This document shows, one piece after another, positions 50,931-63,749 of a stretch of 64,000 bases of DNA. Source of the stretch: Ginglymostoma cirratum. Taxonomy: Eukaryota. The position numbers and the translations under genes were made by a program. The DNA is taken from assembly GCA_024137785.1 (NCBI GenBank), contig JAHRHZ010000061.1, forward strand, positions 5,587,050 through 5,651,049, read 5' to 3'. The number at the start of each line of letters is the position of its first letter. Position 1 is the stretch's first letter. A model generated the notes under the pieces. That model was not told where the DNA came from, searched no databases, and saw only the letters and a list, made by a program, of their open reading frames with translations.

Positions 50931-51569
50931 AACAGTCTTTGTAATTACAAAGTTAGTCCGAGACAGAAAATAGGTTCCTTTTAGTGCCCATGTTCAGTAT
51001 GTTTGTGATGAAACGTGCATTTTTTTACACTGTGTATCCCCATTAAATAATTCCAGCAATAAGTTTTTGGCAGTTTTAAAGTATGGCAGGTTGTTAATTC
51101 TCATCTTATATTACCACTTCTTCCTTCGCTGTTGTGAGTTCAGACTGTATATTTTAAATCATTCATAGAGGTGTTTAAAAACCTGAGATCTGAATACAGT
51201 AGAAAGGGAGAAAGTGTTCCCAAAATTAGGTTTGATACTTATATAATAACAATTTGGGTTGATTGGCAAAAGAACCAAAGGTGACTTGAGGAAAAGGTTT
51301 CTTTTAATAAACACAACATGTAGTTAGGATCTGAAGTGCACCGGAAGTGTGTGAAACCAGGTTTTCAAAATGTAATTGGATAATTGTCTAAAATTGTAAG
51401 GATGGGCAAAGGGTGATTGACCTCAGATGATATTTTTAAAACAAGTATTAACTATGCGTCTGGTATAATTTATCAAGCAATGAAGAGAAAAAAAATACAT
51501 TTTATAGGTGTTGACATTGACCCTAAAGGTATAGAGTAACATGCTCCTTCCTTCTTGGTTTACGTTAAA

Positions 51570-52450
51570 GCATAAGAAATAGTAACAGGTGTGGGCCATT
51601 CAGCTCCTCGAGCGTTCTTCGCCTTTCAATTGAATCATGGTTCATCAGACATTCCTCACATCCATTTTCCTGCCCTTTCTGTGTAACCCTTGATTCTCTC
51701 ACTACCTAAGAATCTACCTATCGAGCCTTAAATATACACAGACTCCGCCCCTACAATTTTCTGTGGTGAGGAGTTCCAAAGACACCCAACCTTCTGAGAG
51801 AAGAAATTCCTTCTTATCAAAGTTCAAAATTGATGCCCCTTTATTCAGAAGCTGTGTCCTTTGGTCCCAGACTCTCCCCTAAGGGGAATCATCGTCTCAG
51901 CCTTTATCCTGTCAAGACCTTTAAGAATCCCTTATGTTTCAATGAGATCACCTCTCGTTCTTCCAAACTTCAGCGAATAGAACCCCAACCTGTTTAGTCT
52001 TTGTTCATAAGACGATGTCTCCATATCAAGGATTATCCTAGTGAATCTTCTCTGAACTGCCTTCAAAGAAATGATTTCGTTCCTTAAATAAGAAGACCAA
52101 AACTGCTGTCATTACTCCAGATGTGATCTCACCAGCACCTTGTATAGTTGCTGTAAGACTTCCCTACTATTATATTCAAACCCCCTTGAAGTAAGGGCCA
52201 ATGTTCCATCAGCTTTCCTAACTACCTGCTGCATTTGTCTGCTAAACTTCTGATGGAGGGTCATTATGCTTAAAATTCTGATTTCTCTCCACACTTGTTG
52301 CCAGACCTGCCATGTTTCTCCAGCATTTTCTGTTTTTGTTCCAGATTGTCTGGATCTGCAGTTTTTTTATTTTAATTTATGCTAGCTTTTTGTATTTCCT
52401 GCACAAGTACCCTCAGGTCAGTTTAGTGTTGCAGCTTTCTGCAGTTTTTC
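51570..52450 (-). mobile_element. CR1 3' fragment with a Penelope pLTR piece (~52255-52375)
   Basis: ORF 52112-52294 QQVVRKADGTLALTSRGFEYNSREVLQQLYKVLVRSHLE. Confidence 0.8.
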
Positions 52451-52809
52451 TTTGATTTTTCATTAGAACAGAACATTATTTAAATAATGTTGTCAAGATT
52501 AGAACAGAAAAACTGACAACAAAAGATGGATATTTACAAGAGAGCAGCAAGCCACAGAAAAATGCTGGCTGTAATTTAGAAAAGACATGAGTCACTAACG
52601 GCCAGTAAAGTACAAATATTATTTGTTAGAACTTGTAGTTTTATTTGATGGAATTTTTAAACACTAAAGGAATTGTGTGAATCATGTCTTTAGAGGAAAT
52701 GTGGAAAGATGTAAGAGGGAGTTCTGTTATGAAAATGAAAACTGGATATATTTGTCTCACTTATAATGTTTCAGCAGTACTTATTGTTACTGAAATATTC
52801 ATGAAAACT

Positions 52810-55022
52810 CCAGTTAGTATCAATCTAAACGACTTTGGATCAGTTATGCTACCAAAATACCATCAACACATCTCTTGGCCCATCAGAAATTCAGACATCC
52901 TTGACCATTGCTACACCATCATTAAAGATGCCTAGTGCTCCATTTCCCATCTGCATTTTGGAAAATCTGATCACATTGATGTCCTCCTCTTCCTAGCATA
53001 CAGGTAGAAATTGAAGCATGAGGACCCAATACAGAGAGTAGTGCAGTCTTGGCCTGAGGCAACACAAGAGTTTCTACAGGACGGCTGAGAGTCGGTGCAT
53101 ACTGAAGATCTCAGCTGCCAACCTAAATGTGTGTGCCACTACAGTTACAGACTTCATTAGTAAGTACGTAGATGGCTGCGTGCTGAAGAAGTTAATCCAA
53201 GCATTCCCCAGTTGGAAACCATGAATGAACTGGGAGATTCATTCCCTACTGAAATCCAGGTCAGAGGACTTGTACGGGAAATCCAGATACGACCTTCACA
53301 AGGCCATCCGAGACGCCAAGAAACTTTGAGACCCAGACCAACCATGCAGACACCTGTTGTTTGTGGCAAGGCTCACATGACATTATGGACTACAAAGCGA
53401 AGTTGAACAGAATTGTAGGCAACAGTACATCCCTCCCCGACGAGCTCAATGCATTCTATGCTTGCTTGGAATAGAAGGTCAGCCAGCGAAACAATGTCAC
53501 CTGTCTCAACAGCCTCGGGTGCACTCTGCACCCATCATTACAGCTGCAGACGTTAGATCGACCTTCTTGAGAGTGAACCCATGGAAAGCGTCTGGCCCAG
53601 ATGGACACTCCAGCTGTGCACACAGATCCTGTGCTGACCAGCTGCTGGGATGATTTGCAGACATCTTTACACTCTCCTCACTTCAATCCGAAGTCCCCAC
53701 CTGCTTCGAGAAGACCAACATCATCTCGGTACCAAAGAAAAATCCTGCAGCGTGCCTCCTAGTGGCTCTGACCTCCATAATTAGGAAGTGCTTCAAGAGG
53801 TTAGTCATGGCTCACGTCAACTCCAACATACCAAATTGCGTTGGTTCTTTGCAATTCATCTACCTGCACAACAGGTCCACAGCAGATGCCAGCTCCCTGG
53901 CCCTACACTTACCCCTGGAACATCTGGATAATAAGGACACCTATGTCAGACTCCTACTTATTGACTACAGCTCCACCTTTACCACCGTAATTCCAAACAA
54001 ACTCATGTCTAAACTCCGAGACCAGATCTCGGCTCCCCGCTCTGTAACTGGACCCTTGACTTCCTGACCGCAATCAGTAAGAATAGTTGACAATTTCTCC
54101 TCCAGCATAATCCTCAACACCATTGCCCTGCAAGGCTATCAACTCTGTACACATTCACGACTGTGTGGCTATATTCCGCCCCAAATCCATTTACAGGTTG
54201 GCTGACCATACCACTTTTGTAGGTCAGATCTCAAACAACGATGAGACAGAGTACAGGAAAGAGATTGAGTGCTTAGCGGAATGGTGTAAGGACAGGAATC
54301 TCTCCATCAGTGTGAGCAAAATGAAGGGTCTGGTCATTGACTTCTGGAAGTGCAGTGGAGGTCACACCCCTGTCTGCATCAATAGTGCTGAGGTGGAGAT
54401 GGTCGAGAGCGTCACATTCCCGGGAGTGGTGATTGCCAAACAATCTGTTCCGGTCCACCCACATGGACAAGAAAGTACAACAACGTCTCTACTTCCTCAG
54501 GCCCACAAGGACTCTTACCAATTTTTATAGATGAACCAAAGAAAGCATCCTATCTGGATACATCACATCATGTTACGGCAAATGTTCTTCCCAAGACTGT
54601 AAGAAACCGCAGAAAGTCATGAATACAGCCCAGTCCATCACACAAACTGGCCTTCCATACATTGATTCCATCTATACTTACTGTTGCCTTGGGAAAGCAA
54701 CAAATATGATCAAAGACCCCTCCCACCCCGGTTATACTCTCTTCCATCCTCTTCAGTCAGGCAGAAGATACAGAAGTTTGAATACCCGACAAAGAGATTC
54801 AAGAACAGCTTATTCCCCGCTGTTATCAGACTTTTGAATGGACCTCTCAAATGTTAATTTTGATCTGTCTCTCTGCACCTTCTTTGTGATTGTAACACTG
54901 TATTCTGCACTCTGTTCTGCTACCCAGATGCACTTTGTATGGTATGATCTGCCTCAACAGCTCTCAAAACAACACTTTTCACTGTATCTTGGTACATGTG
55001 GTAACAATCAATCAATCAATTA
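52810..55022 (+). mobile_element. Rex1/Babar LINE, 5'-truncated, degenerate
   Basis: LDHCYT..HFGKSDH, RVNPWKASGPDG, VALTSIIRKCFKRLV, RSTADA, YVRLLLIDYSSTFTTVIPNKL; tail (aatc)n. Confidence 0.9.
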
Positions 55023-55604
55023 AATCGATATGGGAGAGTTTAAACTGGTTAACAAGAGAATCTTTGAGACAAATTGTAACAGCGTTTTTTTTTAAATTGG
55101 CTTAAGTTGATACTGGGAGAGATGGTGACTCTGTAATGCTGTCACTGGACTCGTGATCCAGAGGCCCAGGACATGGGTTTGATTCCCACTATTATCAGTT
55201 GTGGAATTTGAATTCAAAAAATAATTAAGACCATTGCACACAGGAGCAGAAATTAGGCCATTCGGCCCATTGAGTCTGCTCTTCCATTCAATCATGTCTG
55301 ATAAGTTTCTGTGGCAGTGAGGTCGAGAGATTCACCACTTTCTGGCTGAAGAAGTTTCTTGTCATCTCCACCCTAAAGGATCTTCCCTTTACTCTAAGGC
55401 TGTGCCCTTTGGTCCTAGTCTGAACTGCTAATGGAAACATCTTCCCAAAGTCTACTCTGTCCAGGCTGTTCAGTATTTTGTAAGCTTCAGCTAGATCCCC
55501 ACTCATCCTTCTAAACTCCATCGATTATAGACCCAGAGTCCTCATATATTAAGCCTTTCATTCTCGTGAACCTTCTCCAGACCCACTGCAGGGCTAGTAC
55601 ATCC

Positions 55605-55938
55605 TTTTCTTTTCTTTATTCATTCATGGGCGTAGGCAGCATTTATTGCCCAAAGGGGGCGCTAAGAGTCAAACACATTGCTATGGGTCTGGAGTCACAT
55701 GTAGGCCAGACCAGGTAAAGATGGCAGTTTCCTTCCCTAAAGGACATGAGTGAACCAGATGGGTTTTTCCCGACAATCGACAATGGATTCATGGTCATCA
55801 TTAGACTCTTAATTTCAGATATTTTATTGACTTCAAATTCCACTATCTGCCATAGCGGTATTCGAATGCAGGCCCCCAGAACGTTATCTGGGTCTCTGGA
55901 TTAACAGTTCAGGGATAATACCACTAGGCCATCGCCTC
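55605..55938 (-). mobile_element. tRNA-headed bipartite SINE (same family as 47294), nested in CR1
   Basis: Reverse complement: ggaggcgatggcctagtggta..ctgttaatccag..ttcgaat..; aaacccatctggttcactcatgtcctttagggaagg; tail gggcaataaatgctg..atgaatgaataaa. Confidence 0.85.
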
Positions 55939-56653
55939 CTTCCTGAGGTGTGGGGCCCAAAATTGCTCACAGTTCTCTAAAAGTGGTCTGACCAGAGCTT
56001 TTTAAAGCCCCAGAAGTATATCCCTGGTTTTATATTCTAGTCCTCGCGAAATAAATGCCAACATTGTATTTGCCTTCCTAACTATCAACTCAACCTGCAA
56101 GTTTACCTTAAGAGAATCCTGGACTAGGGCTCCCATGTTCCTTTGCACTTCAGACTTCTGAATTTTCTCCCCATTTACAAAATCGTCCATGCCTCGATTC
56201 TTCTTACAAAAATGCATGACCCCACACTTTTCCACATTGTATTCCATCTGCCACTTCTTTGCCCATTCCCGTAACCTGTCTGAATCCTTCTGCAGCCTCG
56301 ATACTACCAGTCCTTCCAACTGTCTTTGTATCATCTGCAAACTTACCCAGAATGCCCTCAGTTCCTTCATCTAGAACATTAATGTATAAAGTGAAAAGTT
56401 GTAGTCCCAACACTGACCCTTGTGGAACACCACTTGTCACCGGCTGCCATCCTGAGAAGGTCCCTTTTATCCCCACTCTCTGCTTTCTGCCACATTGCCA
56501 ATCTTCTATCCATGCTAGCACCTTGCCTCTAACACCATGGGCCTTTACCTTAATCAGCAGTCTCCTGTGCAGCACCTTGTCAAAGGCCTTCTGAAAGTCC
56601 AACTAGATAACAACATCCGTTGGCTCCGTTTGTCTAAGCTGCTCGTTACCTCA

Positions 56654-56958
56654 TAGATCATAGAATCCCTGCAGTGTGGAAACAGGCCCTTCGGCCTAAC
56701 AAGTCCATACCGACTCTCACAGCATCCCACCCAGACCCACCCCCCATAACCCACCTAATCTACACATCCCTGAACACTATAGGCAATTTAGCATAGCTAA
56801 TCCACCTAACCTACGCATCTTTGGACTGTGGGAGGAAACCCATGCAGACACGGGGAGAATGTGCAAACTCCGCACAGGCAGTCACCCGAAGGTGGAATTG
56901 AACCCGGGTGTCTGGCGCTGTGAGGCAGCAGTGCTAACCACTGAGCTACCGTGCCGCC
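56654..56958 (-). mobile_element. HE1 V-SINE nested in CR1
   Basis: Reverse complement head ggcggcacggtagctcagtggttagcactgctgcctcacagcgccag..gggttcaattcc. Confidence 0.92.
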
Positions 56959-59135
56959 GCCTCAAAAGAATTCTGACAGATTTGTCAGGCATGACCTCCC
57001 CTTGATGAAACCATCCTGACTTGACCTATTTTACCGTGTACTTCTAAGTATTCAGAAATCTTATCCTTCATGGAATGGAATCCAGATCTTACCAATGACC
57101 GAGGTCAGAATAATCAGCCTGTCTTTTCTTACTCCCTTTTTACTTCCCTTACTCTTTTACCTTACTCCCTTTTTAAGCAGAGGGGTTACATTAGCCATTT
57201 TCCAGTCTTCTGGGACCCTCCCTGACTTCAGTAATTCCTGAAAGATTACCACTAATGCCTCCACTGTCCCTTCAGCCAACTCCTTCAGAACTCTGAGGTA
57301 TAGTCCATCTGGTCCAGATTATTTATCCACCTTCAGACCTTGCAGTTTTTCTGGCACCTTGGTGTGGCCACCATACTCACCTCTGTCCCAACTCTTGAAT
57401 ATTTGAAATGTTACTTGTGTCTTCCAGTATGAAGACTGACACAAAGTACTTATTCAGTTCCTCAGCCATTTCTTTGTTCCCCATTACTACTTCTCCAGCA
57501 TCATTTTCCAGCAGCCCAATGTCCACTTTTGCCTCTCTTTTACCCTTAATGTATCTGAAGAAACTCTTGCAATCTTCTTTTATATTACAGACTAGCTTAC
57601 CCTCATATTTAATCTTCTCCCTCCCTATTCTTTTTTTAGTTGTCCTCTGTTGGTCTGTATAGGCTTTTCAATCTCTTGACTTCCCACTGCCCTTTGCCAC
57701 ATTATATGCTTTCTCTTTTGCTTTTATGCAGTCCCTGACTTCCGTTGTGAGCCATGGTTGCCTCGTCCTCCCTTTACCGTGCTTCTTTTTCCTAGGGATG
57801 AATTTTTGCTGTGTCTCCTGAATTACTCCCAGAAACTCCTGCCATTGCTGTTCCACTGTCTTTCCTGCTAGGCTCCTCTTCCAGTCAGTTCTGGTCAGCT
57901 CCTCCCTCATGCCTGTGTTGTTGCCTTTATTCAACTGTAATACCGTTACATCTCATTCCAGCTTCTCTGTCTCAAATTGCGGAGTAAATTCTATCATATT
58001 ATGGTCACTGCCTCCTAAGGGTTCCTTCACCTTAAACTTCCTTATCAAATCTGCCTCATTGCACAACACTAAATCCACTCTTGCCTGTTCCGTAGTGGGC
58101 TCCACCACAAGCTGCTCCAAAAAGCCATCTCGTAGACATTCCACAAATTCAGATACAGCACCTTAAGTCCTGTATTGACTGTCCCTCTTCTTATTGTTAT
58201 TTGTTTATCCAGGGTGCTTGAAGTTTGATTACTAACCCTTTCCAAACACAGTCTTATTTTGTGTTCTGGATACTTTAATAACCTCTACTGAGCTCACCTT
58301 TCTTTTCAGTTTTCATTCCTTTCCATGTAGTTTAATCCACCCCCACTGATGTTAACCTGCTGCTTAGTTTTCCATTGGCAATTATACTTCTTGGAGTTTT
58401 ACCCTTCCCTTCCCCCCACTTTCTAGTTTAAAGTCCTGTTGACCAGCCTGTTTACCCTTTTCACTAGAACATGGGTCCCAGCTCAATTCAGGTGGAGACC
58501 ATCCCAATGGTACAGATCCCTCCTGTTCCAGTACTGATGTCAGTGCCCGATGAAATGGAACTCCTCTTCACCGCACCACTCCTTTCGCTATGTGTTTACT
58601 TCCCTTATTTTTGTGTCCCTATGCCAATTAGCACATGCTTGGGCAGTAACCCAGAGATTATCACCCTTAAAGACTGTGCTGTGGGATGCTATATGCTTTT
58701 TTGCTGATGCGTTGTAGGAGCCTTCTTTTATTATTTCCTTTACGTAAGGCTTCTTTCAACAATAGTTTTTTTTCTTCTTTTTCCTTCTCTGCTCTCCACT
58801 ACTGGCAGTTCTTTAATTGAGTTCCTAGTTCTTGATAATCCCTAAACAGGTCCTCCTTCCTAGTCTTGCCTATGTTGTTTGTCCTGAAGTAGACCACAAC
58901 AACTGGATCCTCCCCCTCCCTCTCCAATATCCTTTCAAGCCGGTCAGAGATGTCCCTCACCCTGGCAATGGCCAGGCAACATACCATGTGGGACTCTCGA
59001 TCCTGCTTACAAAGGATGCTGTTTATTTCTCCGAGACAGAGAATGCCCTATAACTGCCACTTGTTTTTTTGCTGCCCCCCCCCCTCATGAATGGCCTCCC
59101 GTGCCATGGTGCAGTGGTCAGTTGGCTCTTCCTCC

Positions 59136-59163
59136 CTGAAGAAGGGTCCCGACCTGAAACGTC
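59136..59163 (+). ncRNA. minimal type-I hammerhead ribozyme core in a Penelope pLTR (59130-59260)
   Basis: CUGAAGA-A-GGGUC-cc-GACCU-GAAAC-GUC; catalytic boxes intact, helix I weak. Confidence 0.6.
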
Positions 59164-59475
59164 AACTTTCCTGCCCCTCTGATGCTGCCTTGCCCGCTGT
59201 CCTCCAGCTCCACACTGTGTTATTCCTGACTCCAGCATTGGCAGTTCTTACTATCTCTGAGTAAGTTATAACTTCACTGAGAGGTTGGGCCCAAAATGGT
59301 ATCCTAGCACACTGGCGCATTGTGAAACCCATGCACTGATGTGTTTTTTCCTTAGTGATGGATTATATCAGCTATTTATCGTTTATGTTCATCCAAACCA
59401 GCTAGCTAGTGGCCACTATAAAATGTACTCATGTATGAAATAAAGTCAGTATTGTCATTTGGCTTATTTAGTTTA

Positions 59476-59670
59476 CAGGCCGTTCTTGTGCGATCTCGCG
59501 TCATAAGAAAATCACACAATAGCCACGCCATTCAAACTAATAGGGCTGGAACTGCATTATAGCCATTACAGGTAAGGAAAGTTTGCGTTCTACAAATAGC
59601 AGTCTAAATTCTTCAGTCACGTTAAAGCCAATTCGAGTTGAAGAAACACATGTTATATCAGAACTGAATG
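59476..59670. mobile_element. Tc1/mariner (Tigger-like) MITE
   Basis: TA|caggccgttct ... agaactgaatg|TA; imperfect CAG-type TIRs with TA target duplication. Confidence 0.55.
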
Positions 59671-60084
59671 TATTAGCTAATGTACTGTAGGAAAATTATT
59701 TTGACCTGATACTAGTACAAGTTCTACGATGAATTTAATCTGCGATATTCTTGATTCATAATTTCAATTTGCCCTTGCTGCCCATGCTTCATCCGAGTAA
59801 CTTTCAATCATATTGCTTAGACACAGTCCAGTCACAATTCAAGTTTGAAAAGTAACATCTAGCAAAGTTTCTTTGACACTCAAACTCATGACCATTTCTT
59901 TCCCTCCCCAAGCACACATCTAAAGTAACACAAAATACTACAGATGTTTGAAGTCTGAAAGAAAACACAATGTTTTGGAAGAACTTCTGCAGTCTGACAA
60001 CATCTATGGAGAGGGGAACCAAGTTAATGTTAAGACCAACATGGCCTTCATTTAGAACAGGTCACCTGAGAGACCAGAGGCAGC

Positions 60085-61075
60085 CTCAGTTTGTAGAAGA
60101 CAGAGGGTAGTGATGGAGAGTTGTTGATCAGACTGGAGGTCTGTGACCAGCAGTGTGCTGCAAGGATCGGTGCTGGGTCCACTGTTATTTATCATGTGTA
60201 TAAACCATTTGAATGAGAATATAGGAGGCATGGTTAGTAAGTTTGTGGGTGACACCAAAATTGGTGGTATAGTGGACAGTGAAGAAGGTTATCTAAGAGC
60301 ACAACAGGATCATGATCATTTGGGCCAACGGGCTGAGGAATGGTGGATGGAGTTTAATTTAGATAAATGCACGGTATTGCATTTTGGTGAGACAAACCAG
60401 GGCAGGGCTTACACAGTTAATGGTAGGCCCCTGGGGAATGTTGTCTAACAGAGAAACCTAGGAGTGCAGGTACATAGTTCCTTGAAAGTGACTTCACAGT
60501 GGACAAGGTGGTGACAAAGGCATATGCCTTCATCGATTACAAAATTGATTACAATAGTTGGAGCGTCATATAAGAGACATTGGTAAGGTCACATTTGGAT
60601 TATTGCACACAATTCTGGTTGCTCTGCAACAGGAAGGATGTTATTGAGCGGGAAAAGGTGCAGCAAAGATTTACAAGGATGAGGGTTTGACTTGCAGGGA
60701 GAGGCTAGATAGGCTGGGACTTTTTTTTGCTGGAATGTAAGTGGCTGAGGGATGACCTTTATAGAGGTTTATAAAATCATGAGGGGTATTGATAAGGTGA
60801 GTAGCCAAGGTCTTTTCCCCAGGGTAGAGGGCATAAGTTTAAGGTGAGAGGGTGGGATTTAAAAGGGACATGAGGGGGCAATGTTTTCACACAGAGTGGT
60901 GCGTAAATGGAATGAACTACTAGAGGAAATAGTAGAAGGTGAGTACAGTTACAACATTTAAAAGTCATTTGGACAGGTACATGGACAGGAAAGGTTTAAG
61001 AAGCGAATGGGACTAGTTCAGATCAGGAAACCTGTTCGGCATCGACAGATTGGGCCCAAGGGCCTGTTTCCGTGC
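60085..61075 (+). mobile_element. CR1 3' fragment (preceded by a Penelope pLTR piece ~59925-60060)
   Basis: VLQGSVLGPLLF..KFVGDTKIGG..WWMEFNLDKC; tail ctatgactcta. Confidence 0.9.
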
Positions 61076-61457
61076 TGTATCAGTCTATGACTCTAACACG
61101 CCTTCAAAATTCAATAACTCCAACAGTGTAGCTCTCCCTCAGGACTGCGCTGTAGTATCAAATGTTCTCAAGTGAGACATGAGCCTACACACTTGAATGG
61201 TACTTTTGCAAATACTGATAAATATTGTTCTGCGCATTTCAAGGCTACAGAACAGTCACTGGATTTTGTTTATTGTACAAAACTAATATAAGAGTTCTCA
61301 GTGATGCTGGGGTGTATTCATGGCACTGTTTCTGATATACGCCAATTGCTGCTTCAAAAAAAACACTGCTTCAAAGCCAGTGCAGCATTGTATAGAAATT
61401 TTTGCTAAGTTATAATTTGCTTCTTGCAACTTTAGTTTTTATTATCGTTCTTTTCAG

Positions 61458-61685
61458 GTGATGGTTGTGGGCACACCGTTCTTGGCCCAGAGAGTGGAAC
61501 TTTTGCATCAATAAATTATCCTCAAACATACCCCAATAACACTGTTTGTGAGTGGGAGATACGGGTCCAGCCCAGCCAGAGGATTATTTTTAAATTTGGA
61601 GACTTTGACATTGAAGACTCTACTTCTTGTCACCTGAGTTACCTAAGACTGTATAATGGAATTGGTCCAGGCCGAAGTGAATTTG
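61458..61685 (+). CDS. DCBLD2: DCBLD2 coding exon 2, CUB domain ([76 protein letters not shown])
   Basis: Acceptor ttcttttcag|, donor G|gtaagt, 228 nt, phase 1-1, no stops. The translation closely matches the vertebrate DCBLD2 CUB N-terminus as recalled ([37 protein letters not shown]...[12 protein letters not shown]). Confidence 0.95.
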
Positions 61686-62138
61686 GTAAGTAAACAATCA
61701 TTGTACAATAATTATTGGGTATTCTATGAATGATATTCAATATCTGGAATATATTGAGTATATATTGCTTATTTACTTGAGAGAGTCTGGACATTTCTCT
61801 CCAATTGGCACCAACTCGTCAAAACAACAAAAGTTTTGGAAGAATAGAAGCTTCTGTAAAATCATAATCCTCATAAAGTGAAATCGCATTAATTTCCTAC
61901 ATGTTACTTTAACAGAGGAGCTAAAAGTTTATTTAAAATTGAATTGTCATCATGTTAGCTGATAAAGAAGTTCGAATGCACTAAACATGTCTATGGAAAA
62001 GTTTCATAGTTATTCTTCTGTAGATGTTAAAACCCGATTTGTGCAAAAATGTCATGTTCGTTCTTTAATCTATACTGCTCCTGATTTCTAGTTAGGAAGA
62101 AGGCACTGATGGACTTTTCTTAAGGGTTGAAGACCTTT

Positions 62139-62397
62139 TGGGGTGGCTTGTTGGCTCACTGGTTAACACTGCTGCCTCACAGCACCGGGAACCTTGTTCC
62201 AGCCTTGGGCAACAGTCTATGTGGTGTTTGCACGTTCTCCCCATGCCTGCGTGGGTTTCCTCCCACAGGCGTAGAAAATGCAGGGTTACAGGGATAGGGT
62301 AGGAGTTTGCGTCTGGGTGGGTGCTGTTTGGAGGGTCAGTGTGGATTTGATGGACCAAATGGCGTGCTTGCACACAGTAGGGATTCTGTGATTCTAT
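62139..62397 (+). mobile_element. HE1 V-SINE, degenerate
   Basis: ggctcactggttaacactgctgcctcacag..tttgcacgttctcccc..gggattctgtgattcta. Confidence 0.85.
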
Positions 62398-63749
62398 TTT
62401 GACCTAAATACTGTGGTAGTGTTTTTTCCTCCTTCCTGTCCCTGCGCATGTTAGGGAAGACTAAAGCAATGAATATGGTGGAGAAATAGATAGAAAGCTA
62501 AAATGGGAATTTTTTGAGTGATTTGAGTTAAAGTGGTGATAGAGGGAATGTAGAGTCAAATGAAACTGATCTGAGTGGAATGCCAGGCAAGCATTGCAAG
62601 ATCACTAACAATTGTCGGCTATTATCAGAGAGATTATGGAAGTTACCTTGTAATATTTTCCCAAGTACAGTATGCTTTGAATATACATTTGAATTACAAT
62701 ACGTAGTAAGCTCTCCATTGACTTCTCTCTGGCACAAACTGTACAACATAACAAACTAATTATTAAACAGGGTTCAGTATCGGCCGGTTACTTTTAAGTG
62801 GTTGTGGTGGAGGTGAGAGGGGGAAATTAGCACAGAAGACTGCATTCTGATATTTCCCCATACGTACTTTCCTTTATAAAATGGTTGCCTGATGCTGTTA
62901 CGTCGTGTATCTCCCAGAGTTCCTTTCAAAATGTTGAAATTCCATGTCGCATTTCTGTCAATTCTGAATGAAATTTATCACATCTGCATTGTCTGCAGAA
63001 AGCTTGCCTCACCAAACTTCTGAATGACAAAGCAGAGCTTCAAGTTCAGCTATTGCAAGTTATCAGGTATCTTCACGGTTAGGGTAGAGGCAACCAAGAT
63101 CACTTAAAAATTGAATAGCATGTTGGGGTGCTATCAGAAATCTGAGCTGGAAAAGTGGATCAAACGAGTAATTTGTTCTAATGCTTCGGAAGTAGTTGTA
63201 ATTTTTTTGCATTTGTTTTTGTGCCTTTTTGGATGAAGGGGTTTTACTTTATGCATGCGTGTGATGTGGACGTTGTTGGCGAGGTCAGCATTTGTTGCCC
63301 ATTCCTGATTGTCATTGAGAAGGTGCTAGTGAGTTGTGTCCTTGTACTGCTGCAGTTTGAGGGATGTAGGTGCTCCCGCAGTGCTGTGAGGAAGGGAGTT
63401 CCAGGATTTTAAATTTGAATCTGCAGGGTTTCAGCAACAACAATGTAATCAAACAGGGTTAACCAGCCAATCACATTGAATTTGCCTAGATAACAAGCCA
63501 AGAAATAATATGACTTCATTATCCACCAATTTTTGTCACATTTTACAGAGAGCAATGTAAACAGTCGGTGCATATACATTTGAGATGAAATATCATAAAG
63601 TTTATATTAAAACCCTTTTTAAAAAGAAGAACTGGACCTTTCATCAAATGGAAAATGTTGACATGAGACATGCATAAGAATGGTGTTCCAGACAGGTTTT
63701 GAGCAATGTCATAACTTATCACACTGTTAAAAACACAGCTCCACCTCAT

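Larger units (their letters stand above)
55226..59128 (-). mobile_element. long CR1 (HER1-like) LINE with ORF1 esterase remnant and ORF2 APE/RT, two nested SINEs
   Basis: ORF1 SGNH-like MVCCL.IARVRDISDRLERILEREGEDPVVVV..TNNIGK; FLEQLVVEPT..DLVL..SDHNMIEF; DFQKAFDKV..SGVPQGSVLG..KFADDTK. Confidence 0.92.
32801..61457 (+). other. DCBLD2: DCBLD2 intron 1 (28,657 bp), repeat-filled
   Basis: GT...AG boundaries with phase-compatible flanking exons. Confidence 0.8.

Noticed and set aside
57120-57175. Short ttactccct/ttac tandem (also ttcactca repeats at ~50360-50390)
   Set aside because: Slippage expansions inside CR1 copies; not CRISPR-like, no unique spacers.
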